Origin: Podarcis filfolensis | Taxonomy: Eukaryota | Assembly: GCA_964270895.1 (NCBI GenBank) | Contig: OZ185453.1 | Strand: one strand, 5' to 3' | Length of the DNA: 64,000 bases | Shown here: positions 23,896 to 35,470 of the stretch, in pieces | Numbering within the stretch: position 1 is the stretch's first letter | How the letters are laid out: every line of letters starts with the position of its first letter | Notes under the pieces: generated by a model | Database searches by the model: none | Seen by the model: the letters and a program-made list of their open reading frames with translations, nothing else | Told to the model about the DNA's origin: nothing | Translations under genes and position numbers: made by a program

Positions 23896-26800
23896 CAGAT
23901 TTAGACTCAAAAGAAAGTTAATGTTATAGAAAAGAGAGACTCAAAGCAAAATAATAATTATAAACCACTATTTCTATGATTAAGTTGCTACATCTGTATT
24001 TAAGCACATTAAAGAGGACTTCAAAGATGGTGTAATATACAACACTATTGCCTTCAAGTAGTTAAGCGTTTGGTTTCCCAGTCCAAATACTATGTGAGAT
24101 CCTGAGATTTTGTTGTTCCCGACAGCCCTCAAAGATTTTGATTATAAGCGTCTTTAGTATGAGGTTGGAAGATCAAAGGCAGCCTACTTAGAGATCTATC
24201 AGAAGCCAACTTTAGTGCCTTGGGGCAACTTTTGTCCTTGTGAGTAATTATAATTTGTCGGTAAATGTAGATATCACAATAGCTTTAATTGCTCTGTAAA
24301 ATATTTTTTCCCCTTCTCATATCAAAATGCACAACATACGAATCATAAAGATAAGTAGATTTTCAATAAATTTGTGAATGTGCATACATAACAGCTTTAT
24401 AGCTTTGCCTATTTGCTGGGAAATGCACCAGGGACTGAGATAGGATTTGGCTCTGATCACGGTAAGAAAACTGGAGACATATTGGCTCATGGCTTTGGGC
24501 AGCATTCTCATTGTAGATGTTGCAGGCCGGCTTGTGTCCTGTCAATGAAGAGGAGGGACACTGGAAAGGGGGGTGGATTGCAGTGTTTTGGATATAGTAG
24601 TACAAGAGTGTGTTTGTTTATGTGTGTACTGGTATATGTACATACATACATCAGATTCTCATATGAAAGTATAATGTGGAACCATACTATCTGGCGGTGG
24701 GGGCGGGGGGAAATTTGATGAAAGAAAGATTAATTAGAGTAAGATTAGTTTATGACTTTCTTCTTTTAAACAAGGAGGAGGAAATGTTTGTGCCTTTCGT
24801 GTCCTTCTCATATATCTTTACCTCAGTGCAAAAGGGATTGTGAGGAACAGACCCACACCAAAGCAAGATATGATACCAACCGGGATCTTAAACTGAAGAT
24901 CAATAATGCAAACAGTTACTGTTGCTTACTTTATCTCAATGGAGCCTAGATGTATCACAGGCTGTATATTCTGGTCATTGACAATCTCCAGAAGTGCCTA
25001 TTTATTCTTTCCATCATGGGAAGAAGCAAACATAGCTAATCAAATTGAAATAGTCCTGAAATATCTCTTGCTGCAGTCCAGTCAATCATAGTTCTTGACA
25101 CTAAAAATGGCACTGACGGCAGCAGGAGTTGAGAGGATGGATTAAAAAATAAAATTATAAAAGTCACGTATAGCTTGCAAGTCTCTTTCCTTCAGTGCCT
25201 TGCATCTGGTTCATTAAAATGATTCCAGAATACACCTTCTGGGGTCGCTGAAAGATTTGTAAGTAAAAAGCCACATCCAATGCAGACATTTGCCTGATTA
25301 CTTACAGCTCAGCTCATTATTCAGTTGTCATTCTTAGCTCCAGATTACTCAAAGCTTTAGTTCCAAATACCTCCAGGGCAGGAGAACCTTTAGGGAATAG
25401 TCTTAAAGCTGGCAACTCTGTCAAACACTTGCAGCAGACCACACAGCCAACAAATCTGAAGTCACTGTTGTTGCTTTAAAAAGAATGAGGACCGAGCTAC
25501 ACTGAATCAAGTGCCAAAATTCCTGTAGTCAGAAATAGCTGAACACATCCCCAACGCTGAACATTTTGTTTATCCTTGAAGCATTTTCATCCATATAAAC
25601 ATAGAGGGCAAATATATATTTACAATAAGTAAAGTTACTTTGTATGAACCCTCCTCTACAGGCTTTGCACATTACACAGAAGCATTGAAATAGAAAGTGG
25701 AAGTTGTGCATTTCAGAATTTCCCCACACGAGGTTCCCAAGTATCTCAAACATGAGGGAACTACACAATTCTCTCCTTCCATCCAGGATATACAAACCAT
25801 CTTATTAGAAACAGAATATTTCTAAAAGATTAACCCATATCCCATTTGTAGTATTGAATATGCTTTAAGTCGACAGCAAGAGAGGCATACAAACAGTGTA
25901 TAGGAGGGGCTTGTCACATACATCCAGTAAATCTGAGAAAATGCAAGCAAATTAACTGGTGTCCTGTACAACACTGACTTTGACACATCCTGGGACCATT
26001 AACCCGAAAATTGGCACTGTTGAAATTTCTTTATTGATCCTACTGACTTCCGGGGAGGAATCATGGCAGACTAGATATCTGCTGCTGGCACTCCTGCCAG
26101 CAGAGATAATTATGCAGTGACGAGGTAATCAAGACATAAATCTTGATTGCCAAACTCCCTTCTGAATGAGAGGGGGGGAGGGGTAAAGCCCCAAAAGCTC
26201 AGAAATTGATACTCATCAAACCGTGGTACAGAAGCCTTTGGGAGTGGAGAGGCGTCGAAAGCAGGGAAACGCCACCAGTCCACACACTGCATAATCACCC
26301 TTGAATTAGGGTTTCAGGTCTGCAAACCTCCTTTTAACTATGATTAAGGCTGGGAATTAGCATGAATAGGATTTTCTATCTGTCAATTAAATAACACCCA
26401 GAAAAGAAGCGGGTTGCTGGGTGGCGAAAGAACACTAAATAACAGGCTGGAAAATATATCAAGAAGCATAAATTAATTGACTATCCTGAAAGATCGTAAT
26501 GGTTCTGAAGTTGCTTGTAGCCTTTGCTTAGCGTTGCTTGCAAATATCTATTTCTTCTTGTGCTGAGGAAAATTTATAAACCCCCCAAATAAGACTCAAC
26601 TTCTAAGTCTACTTCTTCTCCAAAGAAAAGGGCTTCTGTTTCTCCCTACTAGCTATATTGTTTGGACATTTCTGCTTCTGTTCTTAAAACAGCTAAAAAA
26701 ACACAGCATACGTGGTTCCTTACACTGTGCCACTATGTGTTACACTTTCAGTTCTGGTTAGTTGCAGGTGTCTCACTTTATCATACAGAGCCTCACCTGA

Positions 26801-28592
26801 TAGTGAATATCTGTTAACTAGGATACTTCAACATCTGTTTATATAACCTGCAAAAAGGAAGGCATAGCTTTGCAATTAGAAGACTATTTTACTGTGCTGC
26901 TTACATCATTATGCATATAATTTTGCCCACTTTTATACTTACATCCAATATTTTATTATATATTGCAAAATTCAGAGGACCGAAAGGTCAGTTATCTCCT
27001 CACATTGAAGCAAATTTAGGGATGTGAGAAACCCCTTAAGAAATATTACTAGTCTTATCTAAAGTCTTCCTTCAGTGTTCCATAGAGGTGTCAACTGAGC
27101 AGGAATCTTGAGGATTTCCTCTTGATTTCCTTTTTAGGTGAAACTGGTGGCAACCATTTTTCTAAGCCTAAGTTGTAATTAGCCCCTTCCAGCTGCCCTG
27201 GGCTCCTTTGGAAGAACAAGAAAAAGTCATTATAATAATTACTACTGCTATTATTTTTCGACTTCTTCCTCCTCCTCTTTATTGAAAGAACACAGTCTGG
27301 TCAACTAGGATACTGCATCCTAAAATCTAAGAGCAAAAACATGATGGATGTAAGATATGTACAAGATATATGGGATAAGAAACAGTTCAATAAAAAACAG
27401 ATAGCTGAAGCAAATAACCCATGTCATATTGCTTCAGGAAAATGGAAAAGACACCAATGTCACTAGCCAGTATTAATCTGTAGAATGTTTCTGTTTCATC
27501 ACTACATTTTGTGATCTGCAATAAATGTCTTCTATCAAGCCGTCCAACAGAAACCTTTTTAGAATGTAACCAATCAATTCTGTCCAGTATGCCATTTCCA
27601 GTTGTGGAGTCTGTTCCCAAATTTCCATTAACTGCATTAAAACTTTCCATCCTGTTTTTTAAAAATAAGTTAATAATAATAATAATCATCCAGTGACAAT
27701 CAATGAGGTTGTTTGTGTGATGATACTGCCAGGAGATCATTCAAGAATTTCACTATCCTGGTTATTTGAGGCCTTCTAATTTCAATAAACCATCTGAATT
27801 AATTAATGGATCCTATGTACCCATCACCTCCATATAAAAGCGACGTTGAAATAACAAGATATCAAAAGTAACAAAACCAAAGCAAAAGCTACTGGTAGTT
27901 TTTCATATTACATGATGTGAGTAAAGATTTAATTTTATACACACCTGTTAGTAAGGCCCTTGGAACTCAGTGGACATGTACAGGAATGCACTATAAAATC
28001 AACTGCAATTTATGTAGTAGACTAAATATTCAAAATAACTATAACAGCTATTATTTAAAAACTAATTTTCTTCTGCTCAAATTCTTTGTTTTCCCATCCT
28101 ATTCCCCACCCCTTTATAAATACAGGCCATTTGTTGCTTCTTCCCGTGTCTCAATAAGATAAATGAACAAATTCAGAATATTTTCCATGCCTCATCTGTC
28201 TACTCCCCAAGCTGTCAGTGAGCTCATGCTAGAAGTCCATAGCAAGCAAACTGTATTTTAAAATATATAAAAATAAGAATATTGCTTCCATGGTAACCTC
28301 AGAACTTTTACCAGATCTGTTCATGTGTCTGTACCCACGTCTATGTGAATACATATCTTACAAGTATAGTCATGGAACTATTCGAATCTTTACTTGAGGC
28401 GATTGTGCACCAGTATGTTACTGCAGTAGACATGTCCTCTACATTTCCTTGGTCCTGCCTCTTAACTGCCTTTTCCTCCACCATTGATCCATATTTCAAA
28501 AAAGTGAAAATCCGGACACAAAGGTTGTTGAGTTTTGTTTTTGTGTTGAGGTTTTTGAGCAATTTTTAAGGAAATTCACCAAAAAATCAACA

Positions 28593-28718
28593 CTTGGCTT
28601 GCTATACGTCTAGGTTTCCCCAGACATTTAGTGATTTTCGGAAATTCCTCCTGGACGCTATTTCTGACAGACGAATCCCAGATATGTCTGGGGAAAACCC
28701 GGACATATGGCAGCCCTA
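28593..28718. mobile_element. hAT (Blackjack-like) MITE remnant
   Basis: Imperfect ~35-bp inverted termini cttggcttgctatacgtctaggtttccccagacat / atgtctggggaaaacccggacatatggcagccctag. Confidence 0.6.
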
Positions 28719-29265
28719 GCTAAGTTGTAAGAAAACAGAAGCCAGATTAGCCCTAACTCAATGAGGGTTTGAGACCCATCGGCTACCCTCACCTGGTTTT
28801 AGCAGCCCGTTGAAGCTGTTCCTGAGGTACGGCCGCTGTTGCATGCTGACAGCTTCTAGCAGCCACAGGTGAGAGCTGAGTGCAAGATGAGGATGAAGGG
28901 TGGACAAACTATGCCAGAAGGAGCATGATGTGTCCCCTGTCAGAAGTACTACCCCTCTCTTAACATCCCATATACTCTCCAAAAGACAAGATGCTGCACA
29001 GATAACAAAAATCATTATATGCTTGTTTCCCAGCTATCTTGGAGTTTTTTAAAAAATAAAAACAAAAACGTTGAGCTATGATCTAAATAATACTAAGATT
29101 CTTAATTACTATGGATTGTTAGGTTCATAAACACAGTTGTTCTCCAATAGGGTAATGTGAAGACAGATTAGGTATATGGCTGCAAGGGATTCCATTCATT
29201 TCTTTGGTTGCTGTAGGCCCCAGAAGGGAGACTAATAGAGGAGATGAATACTGTCGGGTTAACTA

Positions 29266-29669
29266 TGTTGTTGTTTAGTCGTTTAGTCGTGTTCAACTCT
29301 TCGTGACCTCATGGACCAGAGCACGCCAGTCACTCCTGTCTTCCATTGCCTCCTGCAGTTTGGTCAAACTCATGCTGGTAGCTTCGAGAACACTGTCCAA
29401 CCATCTTGTCCTCTGTTGTCCCCTTCTCCTTGTGCCCTCTATCTTTCCCAGCATCAGGGTCTTTTCCAGGGAGTCTTCTCTTATCATGAGGTAGCCAAAG
29501 TATTGGAGTCTCAGCTTCAGGATCTGTCCTTCCATGAGCACTCAGGGCTGATTTCCTTAAGAATGGATAGGTTTGATCTTCTTGCAGTCCATGGGACTCT
29601 CAAGAGTCTCCTCCAGCACCATAATTCAAAAGCATCAATTCTTCAGCGATCAGCCTTCTTTATGGTCCA
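29266..29669 (-). mobile_element. RTE/BovB-like LINE 3' fragment
   Basis: The minus-strand ORF ...LKLRLQYFGYLMIREDSLEKTLMLGKIEGTRRRGQQRTRWLDSV... is the BovB/RTE ORF C-terminus, with a (CAA)n tail. Confidence 0.9.
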
Positions 29670-31498
29670 TGTACAAGTGCAAATTCACTTCAGATGTGAC
29701 TTCTTACGTGTGAGTTTGGAGAGAAATATGAGTAAATCAGGAAGTGAGGCTTGCATACTTTAAAATTCCAAACAGCATTGCCACATACCTTTTTAGAAGG
29801 TAATCCAGTAATATTTATTATTACTATTTGACTTTACATTTAGATCTCAGTGAGACTTTTCACCCTTCCTTGCTGTTTTGATCATAGAGTATGATCAGAT
29901 TCGGAGATAACATGGTTATCTGAATGTGGGGTCTCCTATGAACTGGAAGATTAAGCTCACTTCAAATAATGCAGTAGCTTCTCTTCATGGGCAGGGGGGA
30001 ACTGGGTATGAAAGGACGACCAAAGCCCATTTATGATTGCTCCCTAGGGAGCATCACGGGGGAGTAAGGAAGCTGCTATGTGACAGGCTCCCCTTCTGGA
30101 CTATGGCTTGTTCTTGTGAAAATAGTTGATGATCCATGAATTATTCACCTCTAGCAATTCATAAAGGCATCTTTCTTTAAGCCTAACATACGGGTGACTT
30201 TTTGTGGTTCACTAGAGAATTATGTAGAAATGCTGCCTAGTGGCACGGGCTTCCTAAACCACATTGTCCACATCACTCATAAGATATTTACATCTGCAAT
30301 GTGTTCCACTTCAGCAGATAAGACAAATGGAAGTGTCCCCTGCCATTACCCGTGTACTTCAGAAATTTAACCTTCTCCTACCCAGCAGCAGAGAGCATTC
30401 ACCTATATAATTTGCCATGGCCTCCTGCTGCCCAGAGCATAGGGACTCTGGTCGGTTCCTATTTCAGATCTTTAAGACACATTGAAGCACATAGTTGAAA
30501 TGCCACTAGGCCAGCCTCAAGGTAGATGAAATTTTGATATGAATATTTGTATCACCGTCAGAGTTCCCTGTCTTAAGTTTGACAAGATTCCTGTTTCTAA
30601 ATATTTGAACATGCAAGTCTTAAATGTGACTGGCTGTCTCAAGACTCTTTCCATCTCTCTTGGTGGGGAGGAGTGTGTGTGTTTTTAATTTAAATTATCT
30701 CTTTTGAGGTTTGTAGGGGAAAAGAAAATATTTATCTTTTAGCTTATTGATATCAGCAGGCAAGCTAGCTAGTCTCAGAAGGATGGAAGGTTTATTGGTT
30801 AAGAGATGCAGGCACCCAGTTTGTGATAAAGGAATTCTTTGCATTTTTCCTCAGCAAAGTAAATTGCTTGTAGGATATTGCACAGAACTTAATCCTTTCA
30901 GAGCTGCATCTCAGTAAATCTGTTTTAAAATGCTGTCTGCTATTAAATAGTTAATGTTGTGTATGTATACACATGTATGTTAAATACAGAGATGAAACTG
31001 AATTCCATAAAGAAACTTCCTGGGAAACAGTTCAGAACTGCATGCAGGATCTCCGTCCCTTCTAAATAGGCTCACTTCTACACAGACACGTTTGTGGCCC
31101 TGAGTAAATTTTATATATTTGAAGGAACATATCAGAAATGGGATGGATAGATAGGAATCATAATTATCTTGCTACTTTTGGGGGTGTTTGCTATGCATTT
31201 TCATATCACTGGGCCACCTGACTATCGATCCAGAACTCATCATAGCATGCATGAGTGGACCTGCTTCGTGCTTCCTCACATTAGATTGCTGTCCAGAATA
31301 TTATTTTTTCATGCCAGTTGCTGGTTCTATTCAATGAAAATTGCAGCTGGTAGAAGGTCCATGGTAGCATCTCAAGGGGGGAGTTTTCAGCTTAATAGTA
31401 TAAAAATTCCATATCCCCACACTATTAAAACTATGCTATTGTGATCCTTCTCTTTCCATGGTATACAGAGAAAGCTGGTGTGGCTGCTTGTCACATGC

Positions 31499-31902
31499 CA
31501 TACCCTCCAACATTTCTCCAATGAAAATAGGGATGTTCTATTCCATCATCATCATAATATAATAATAATAATAATTTTATTATTTATACACTTTCCAGCT
31601 GATTGGGTTGCCCCTGTCATGGTGGGCGACTTTCAGCATATATAAAAACATAATAAAACATTAAACATTTTAAAACTTCCCTGTAAAGGACTTCCTTCAG
31701 ATGTCTTCTAAAGATAGTTCAGTTACTTATCTCCTTGGCTTGGGGGTTGGGGTTCATATAACTCCATACCCTTCAACATTTCTCTGATGAAAATAGGGAT
31801 GTCCTAAGGAAAAGTGGGATATTCTGGAATCAAATCAGAAACCGAGACAGATTCTGTAAATCTGGGGCAGTCCCTAGAAAATAGGGACACTTGGAGGGTC
31901 TG
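31499..31902. mobile_element. Composite non-autonomous DNA transposon carrying a captured L2 3' tail
   Basis: TIRs CATACCCTCCAA / TTGGAGGGTCTG, a second internal copy of the left end near 31764, and a reverse L2 tail at about 31555-31710. The possible 8-bp TSD tcacatgc / acatatgt is degenerate. Confidence 0.7.
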
Positions 31903-32759
31903 ACATATGTTTGCCTCATAATACTTTGAACAACTCTGGAAGTAGGAAGAAACTTTGGAGGAGAGAGTTTTGTTTTTCTGGTAAAGAGATTGCCCAGGCA
32001 ACATAGTGAGTTTAGGAAAGAAGACTATGGATAATCACAATTGCATTTTTAAAACCTTCACTTATCCACATTAATGCCTTAGAAAACAATAGGTGCCATA
32101 TTTAATTCTTAAAAGCCTCTTGCACAGTAGGGTCATATTTTTAATAATAATTCGTTTGAAAGAGGCTATTTCAATTTGTTTATATAAGTTCACTGTAATC
32201 ATTACGTAAATTAGCAGCATTGCTTTGGTTTGCAAATTCTGGCATCCTTTTGCTACCGCTTGAAAGATCACCTGTCTGTCAGGAGCTCGTCTTACACTTG
32301 AGTAGGACCCTGGCAGAGACACATGCCCGACTGGCATGTTCTCTCCCTCCTGGTTGATCGTTTGGGAGCTTCAAAAGCTTTCTTCAACCCGAACATTACA
32401 CCGACCAATGCCAACAGACATCAGCACACTTAGGGATCCGCAGAGTCTTTGCAGCTTGCGTAATAGTCCTCAGCAACTCAGCATTTTGGCTAATCTGCTT
32501 TATTTACATATAAACACACATGGAGCATTGCAATATGGCTCTGTCTCTCTCTAGCATCAGATAGCAAAGAGAGAGAACAAAGGACAATAGTCCCACTTCA
32601 CAGAACACAGTAACACAAGCATCCTGTCTCCGTCACTTCCCACCTTGTGGAGTCAAAACATACACTGTCATGTGATAGACAAAAATCTCATGACTGCAAT
32701 CATGGAGCAGAAATTCTAACACTGTCAACCTGTTCCTGTGAGTTCAGAATACATTTATG

Positions 32760-33433
32760 CTACCATCCAACGGGCAGTGAAAGCCTCATCGTGGCCATGC
32801 TTAGTGCAGTATGAAGCCTGCATATCACAAAGGAGGTCTTCTATTCTTAACCAATCGCATTGAGGAGCCAATTGGAGTGGGCGAAATCATGGTCTTTAGG
32901 ATTGAAAGAAGGGGAATCCCAAGAGCGCATTGGGTTTTGAAAATTCATGAAAAACAAAACGGAGACATCAAGTTCTTGACAAAGGGTGACAATAACGCTG
33001 TTGATGACCAAGGCTCGTACATGCAAGGTCAGCACTGGCCGGAGAAGAAAGATGTAGTAGGACGAGCAAGAGGATTTGTGCCATGCATTGGAATAGTGAC
33101 CATCTTTAAATTTAAGTACATTGTCCTCTTTTTATTGGACTTGTTTGTTCTAGTGCATCATCAAGAGTAGCCTGCAACCCAGGGAGGCCAGCTGGAGATG
33201 CCTTTTGGTCTGAGTAGACAGTGGCGTGTGAAGTATGCACATTTCACCGCTTCTTAACCAAGTTTGGCTTTTGGCTTTTGTTTTTCTACAGCCACGTAAC
33301 AGGAGAGTTGAGTCCAGTATTTTGAACATTTTGTCACATTATAGTATTTTTGTACACCAGTGAATTTTCATATTAAAAGTTTTAAGCAAAAAAGAAAAGA
33401 AAAGAAAAGAAAAGAAAAGAAAAGAAGAGAAAT
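32760..33433 (+). pseudogene. SEC11A: 5'-truncated processed pseudogene of SEC11A (signal peptidase catalytic subunit SPC18)
   Basis: Intronless homology over 32773-33170: [25 protein letters not shown]...GEI.VFRIE...[21 protein letters not shown]...[25 protein letters not shown]. There is a 1-nt frameshift near 32806 and an in-frame loss of the MNDYP segment. A 3' UTR follows, with ATTAAA at 33372-33377 and an A-rich (AAAAG)n tail at 33388-33432. The 13-bp TSD gaatacatttatg lies at 32747-32759 and 33434-33446. The residues fit SEC11A better than SEC11C. Confidence 0.93.
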
Positions 33434-33543
33434 GAATACATTTATGTTGAAATACTCTGGTGGGAGGAAGTGGCTACTTACACACCTAACCTGGTTACTA
33501 GGAAGCAGTTATACTGGACGAGAGCATGAGCCACTGCCTTGTG

Positions 33544-33726
33544 GGTGCTGATTTGAGTAAACCAATGGATAAAAGGATACGCAAAGGAACACAACCAACA
33601 TGTCATGACTTCAGTCATGTAACAACCACAGCAGAAAGTGTTTCTCTACTCATGGGCCTCTCTGCAGGTCAGGTGCAACTTGTAGATCCTATTAAAAAAG
33701 AAAATAGCAAATTATTTAATAAAGAA
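33544..33726 (+). pseudogene. WDR20: Isolated copy of a WDR20 internal exon (183 nt, 61 codons, no stops) followed by a GTGAG donor
   Basis: Translation GADLSKPMDKRIRKGTQPTCHDFSHVTTTAESVSLLMGLSAGQVQLVDPIKKENSKLFNKE against recalled WDR20 AADLSKPIDKRIYKGTQPTCHDFNHLTATAESVSLLVGFSAGQVQLIDPIKKETSKLFNEE, about 50/61 identical. It is closer to WDR20 than to the paralog DMWD. Neighbouring WDR20 exons are absent on both sides. Confidence 0.85.
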
Positions 33727-33954
33727 GTGAGGACTTATTCCAACAGACTTTGGGAACTGACTGCTTTTAATGAAAGGGCCGGTGCTGTGCTCTTTTTATT
33801 GTAATTTTGTGTAGCTTTTTACTGGATCTTAAAAGTTTTTAATTCTATTGATGTTTAACCGTTTTTTAATGATTTAAAAAATGTTTTTAGCTTTTCTTAT
33901 TTAATTTGTAAGCTGCATTGAGCCCCTCTCAGGGAAAAAGGCAGGATATAAATG

Positions 33955-34092
33955 CAGTGATGTTTTTCTAGAAAAAGAAGTGCTGTAACTCATCATGAAC
34001 GCATCCCTTGTTCGTTCTCTTATAATGCTATGGCACCCACCTAAGAGGTGCTGTAACTGAGTTTTGGAGAGTTTCAGCTAAAAAAAGCCCTG
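33955..34092. mobile_element. hAT-type MITE, degenerate
   Basis: Ends cagtgatgtttttctag / ctaaaaaaagccctg, an internal repeated gtgctgtaact motif, and flanks tataaatg / gataaata. Confidence 0.55.
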
Positions 34093-34120
34093 GATAAATA
34101 TATGATGACTGTGATTAAGG

Positions 34121-34258
34121 CAGGGATGGGGAACCTGCAACCCTCCATATGTAGTTAGACTACAACTCTCATCATTCCTGATCATTGGCTATGCTTGCTG
34201 GGGCTGATGGGAATTGGAGTCCTACAACACCTGGTGGGCTACAGGTTCTCTATTCCTG
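34121..34258. mobile_element. Palindromic hAT MITE (actacaactc family)
   Basis: Ends cagggatggggaacctg / caggttctctattcctg, with degenerate 8-bp TSD gattaagg / ggctaagg. Confidence 0.75.
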
Positions 34259-34834
34259 GGCTAAGGGGACAGTGGGGCCTACCTTTAATTGGTAGTAATT
34301 TATTTTAAGGAATTCTGGTGAGTGATTGTTTGCTGTGAATAAATAATCTAGAAAACATTAAATAATATAACATATTGGATGCTGTATTTTAATTCTCTGA
34401 CATGAAGAAATTCACTTACCTTTTAAAGTAACAGCAGGCTACAGAGATACTGCAGCTTTCAAAGGCGTATGAAGTCAGCAAGAATACATTGTAGTAAGAA
34501 ACATTTTGCCTTTTGTGTCAAACAGGAAATGTAAAGTTTATAGAATCAAATGTAAATCCATATCAATTTGACATGCTAACTGCATTTCCCCTAAGAATGG
34601 TTTAAATAGGTTTAATTTAAGTATATAATTACAGAATGCTATTACATTTCATTTTTTTTCTGTGGCAGTATGGCAAAACAAATGCAATTTCTGCATTTAC
34701 AGTTTTGCAAAATCCCTCAACCTCCCTCATTCCATAATGTTAGAAAAGATAATTAGTAAATTGGTAGATTTGTTTGTTGCTTGGTCTATTTTTCCTTTTC
34801 TACTGGGGAGCCCAAAAATGAGGATAATAAGTTG

Positions 34835-35470
34835 AAACGCAATTGATTTGAAACTTAATTAAGACAAGACAGAGTTACTTCCAGTAGATGGTTCAGTTGA
34901 CAATGATGAAAGTGGTGGTATTTAGTTTGTTCTGGTTGGGATTGCAGTCCTTAAGAAATAGGTTTGCAGCTTGCGGGTGTTATTAGACCTGGCACTACAT
35001 GGATACTGAAGTGGAGTCCGTGGTTCAGAACAGTGTGATTGGTGCACAAGTCTGCAGTCTCTTCTCCAAAAACAATCTTTCCAGAGTGATCCATTCCCTG
35101 ATAACATCTGCCATGACCTGTCCAAGACATTTTGGCATCAGAGAACCCCAAAACTGGACACACCTCCTTCCCACCAGGGAGGACAGGGCGAGTGAAGATT
35201 GAATTTAGGAACAAGGCAGGGGAGAAAGAGTAACATAGGGATCTGCTGCCCCCAGGGACCCTGCTGCTTGAGACAGTTGCCTCACGTGGCTGACCCTGAC
35301 ACCCGGGTTAGAATATAGTGGCATGTTATATGTGGGGTTGCTTCTGAAATAGCAACTGGTTCAGAATGTGATGGCCAGGCTGCTAACTGGAATCTGCCAT
35401 CTGAAATAAATTTTGCCAATGAGTAAAGACCATAACCGACTCCCAGTTTGTTTCCAAACACAATTCGAAT
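34835..35470 (+). mobile_element. Old L2-clade LINE ORF2 fragment(s)
   Basis: Degenerate LKLN.DKTE, V.SL.VLLD and LDY.N.LY.GL.LK...LVQN..ARLLTG motifs. Confidence 0.6.

Noticed and set aside
25310-25520. Minus-strand exon with good acceptor and donor (nested antisense gene)
   Set aside because: All three frames contain stops and no linked exons were found. A non-coding exon cannot be excluded but is unsupported.
26109-26295. 11-bp inverted repeat attatgcagtg / cactgcataat as MITE termini
   Set aside because: It does not extend and has no TSD. A match this short is plausible by chance in 64 kb.
32811-33170. Functional SEC11A retrogene (119-aa ORF)
   Set aside because: It is 5'-truncated, the ORF starts after the catalytic Ser codon because of a frameshift, and it has an internal deletion and many substitutions at conserved sites.
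32747-33726. SEC11A-WDR20 single chimeric retrogene formed by template switching
   Set aside because: The TSD and poly(A) tail close the SEC11A insertion before the WDR20 fragment begins.
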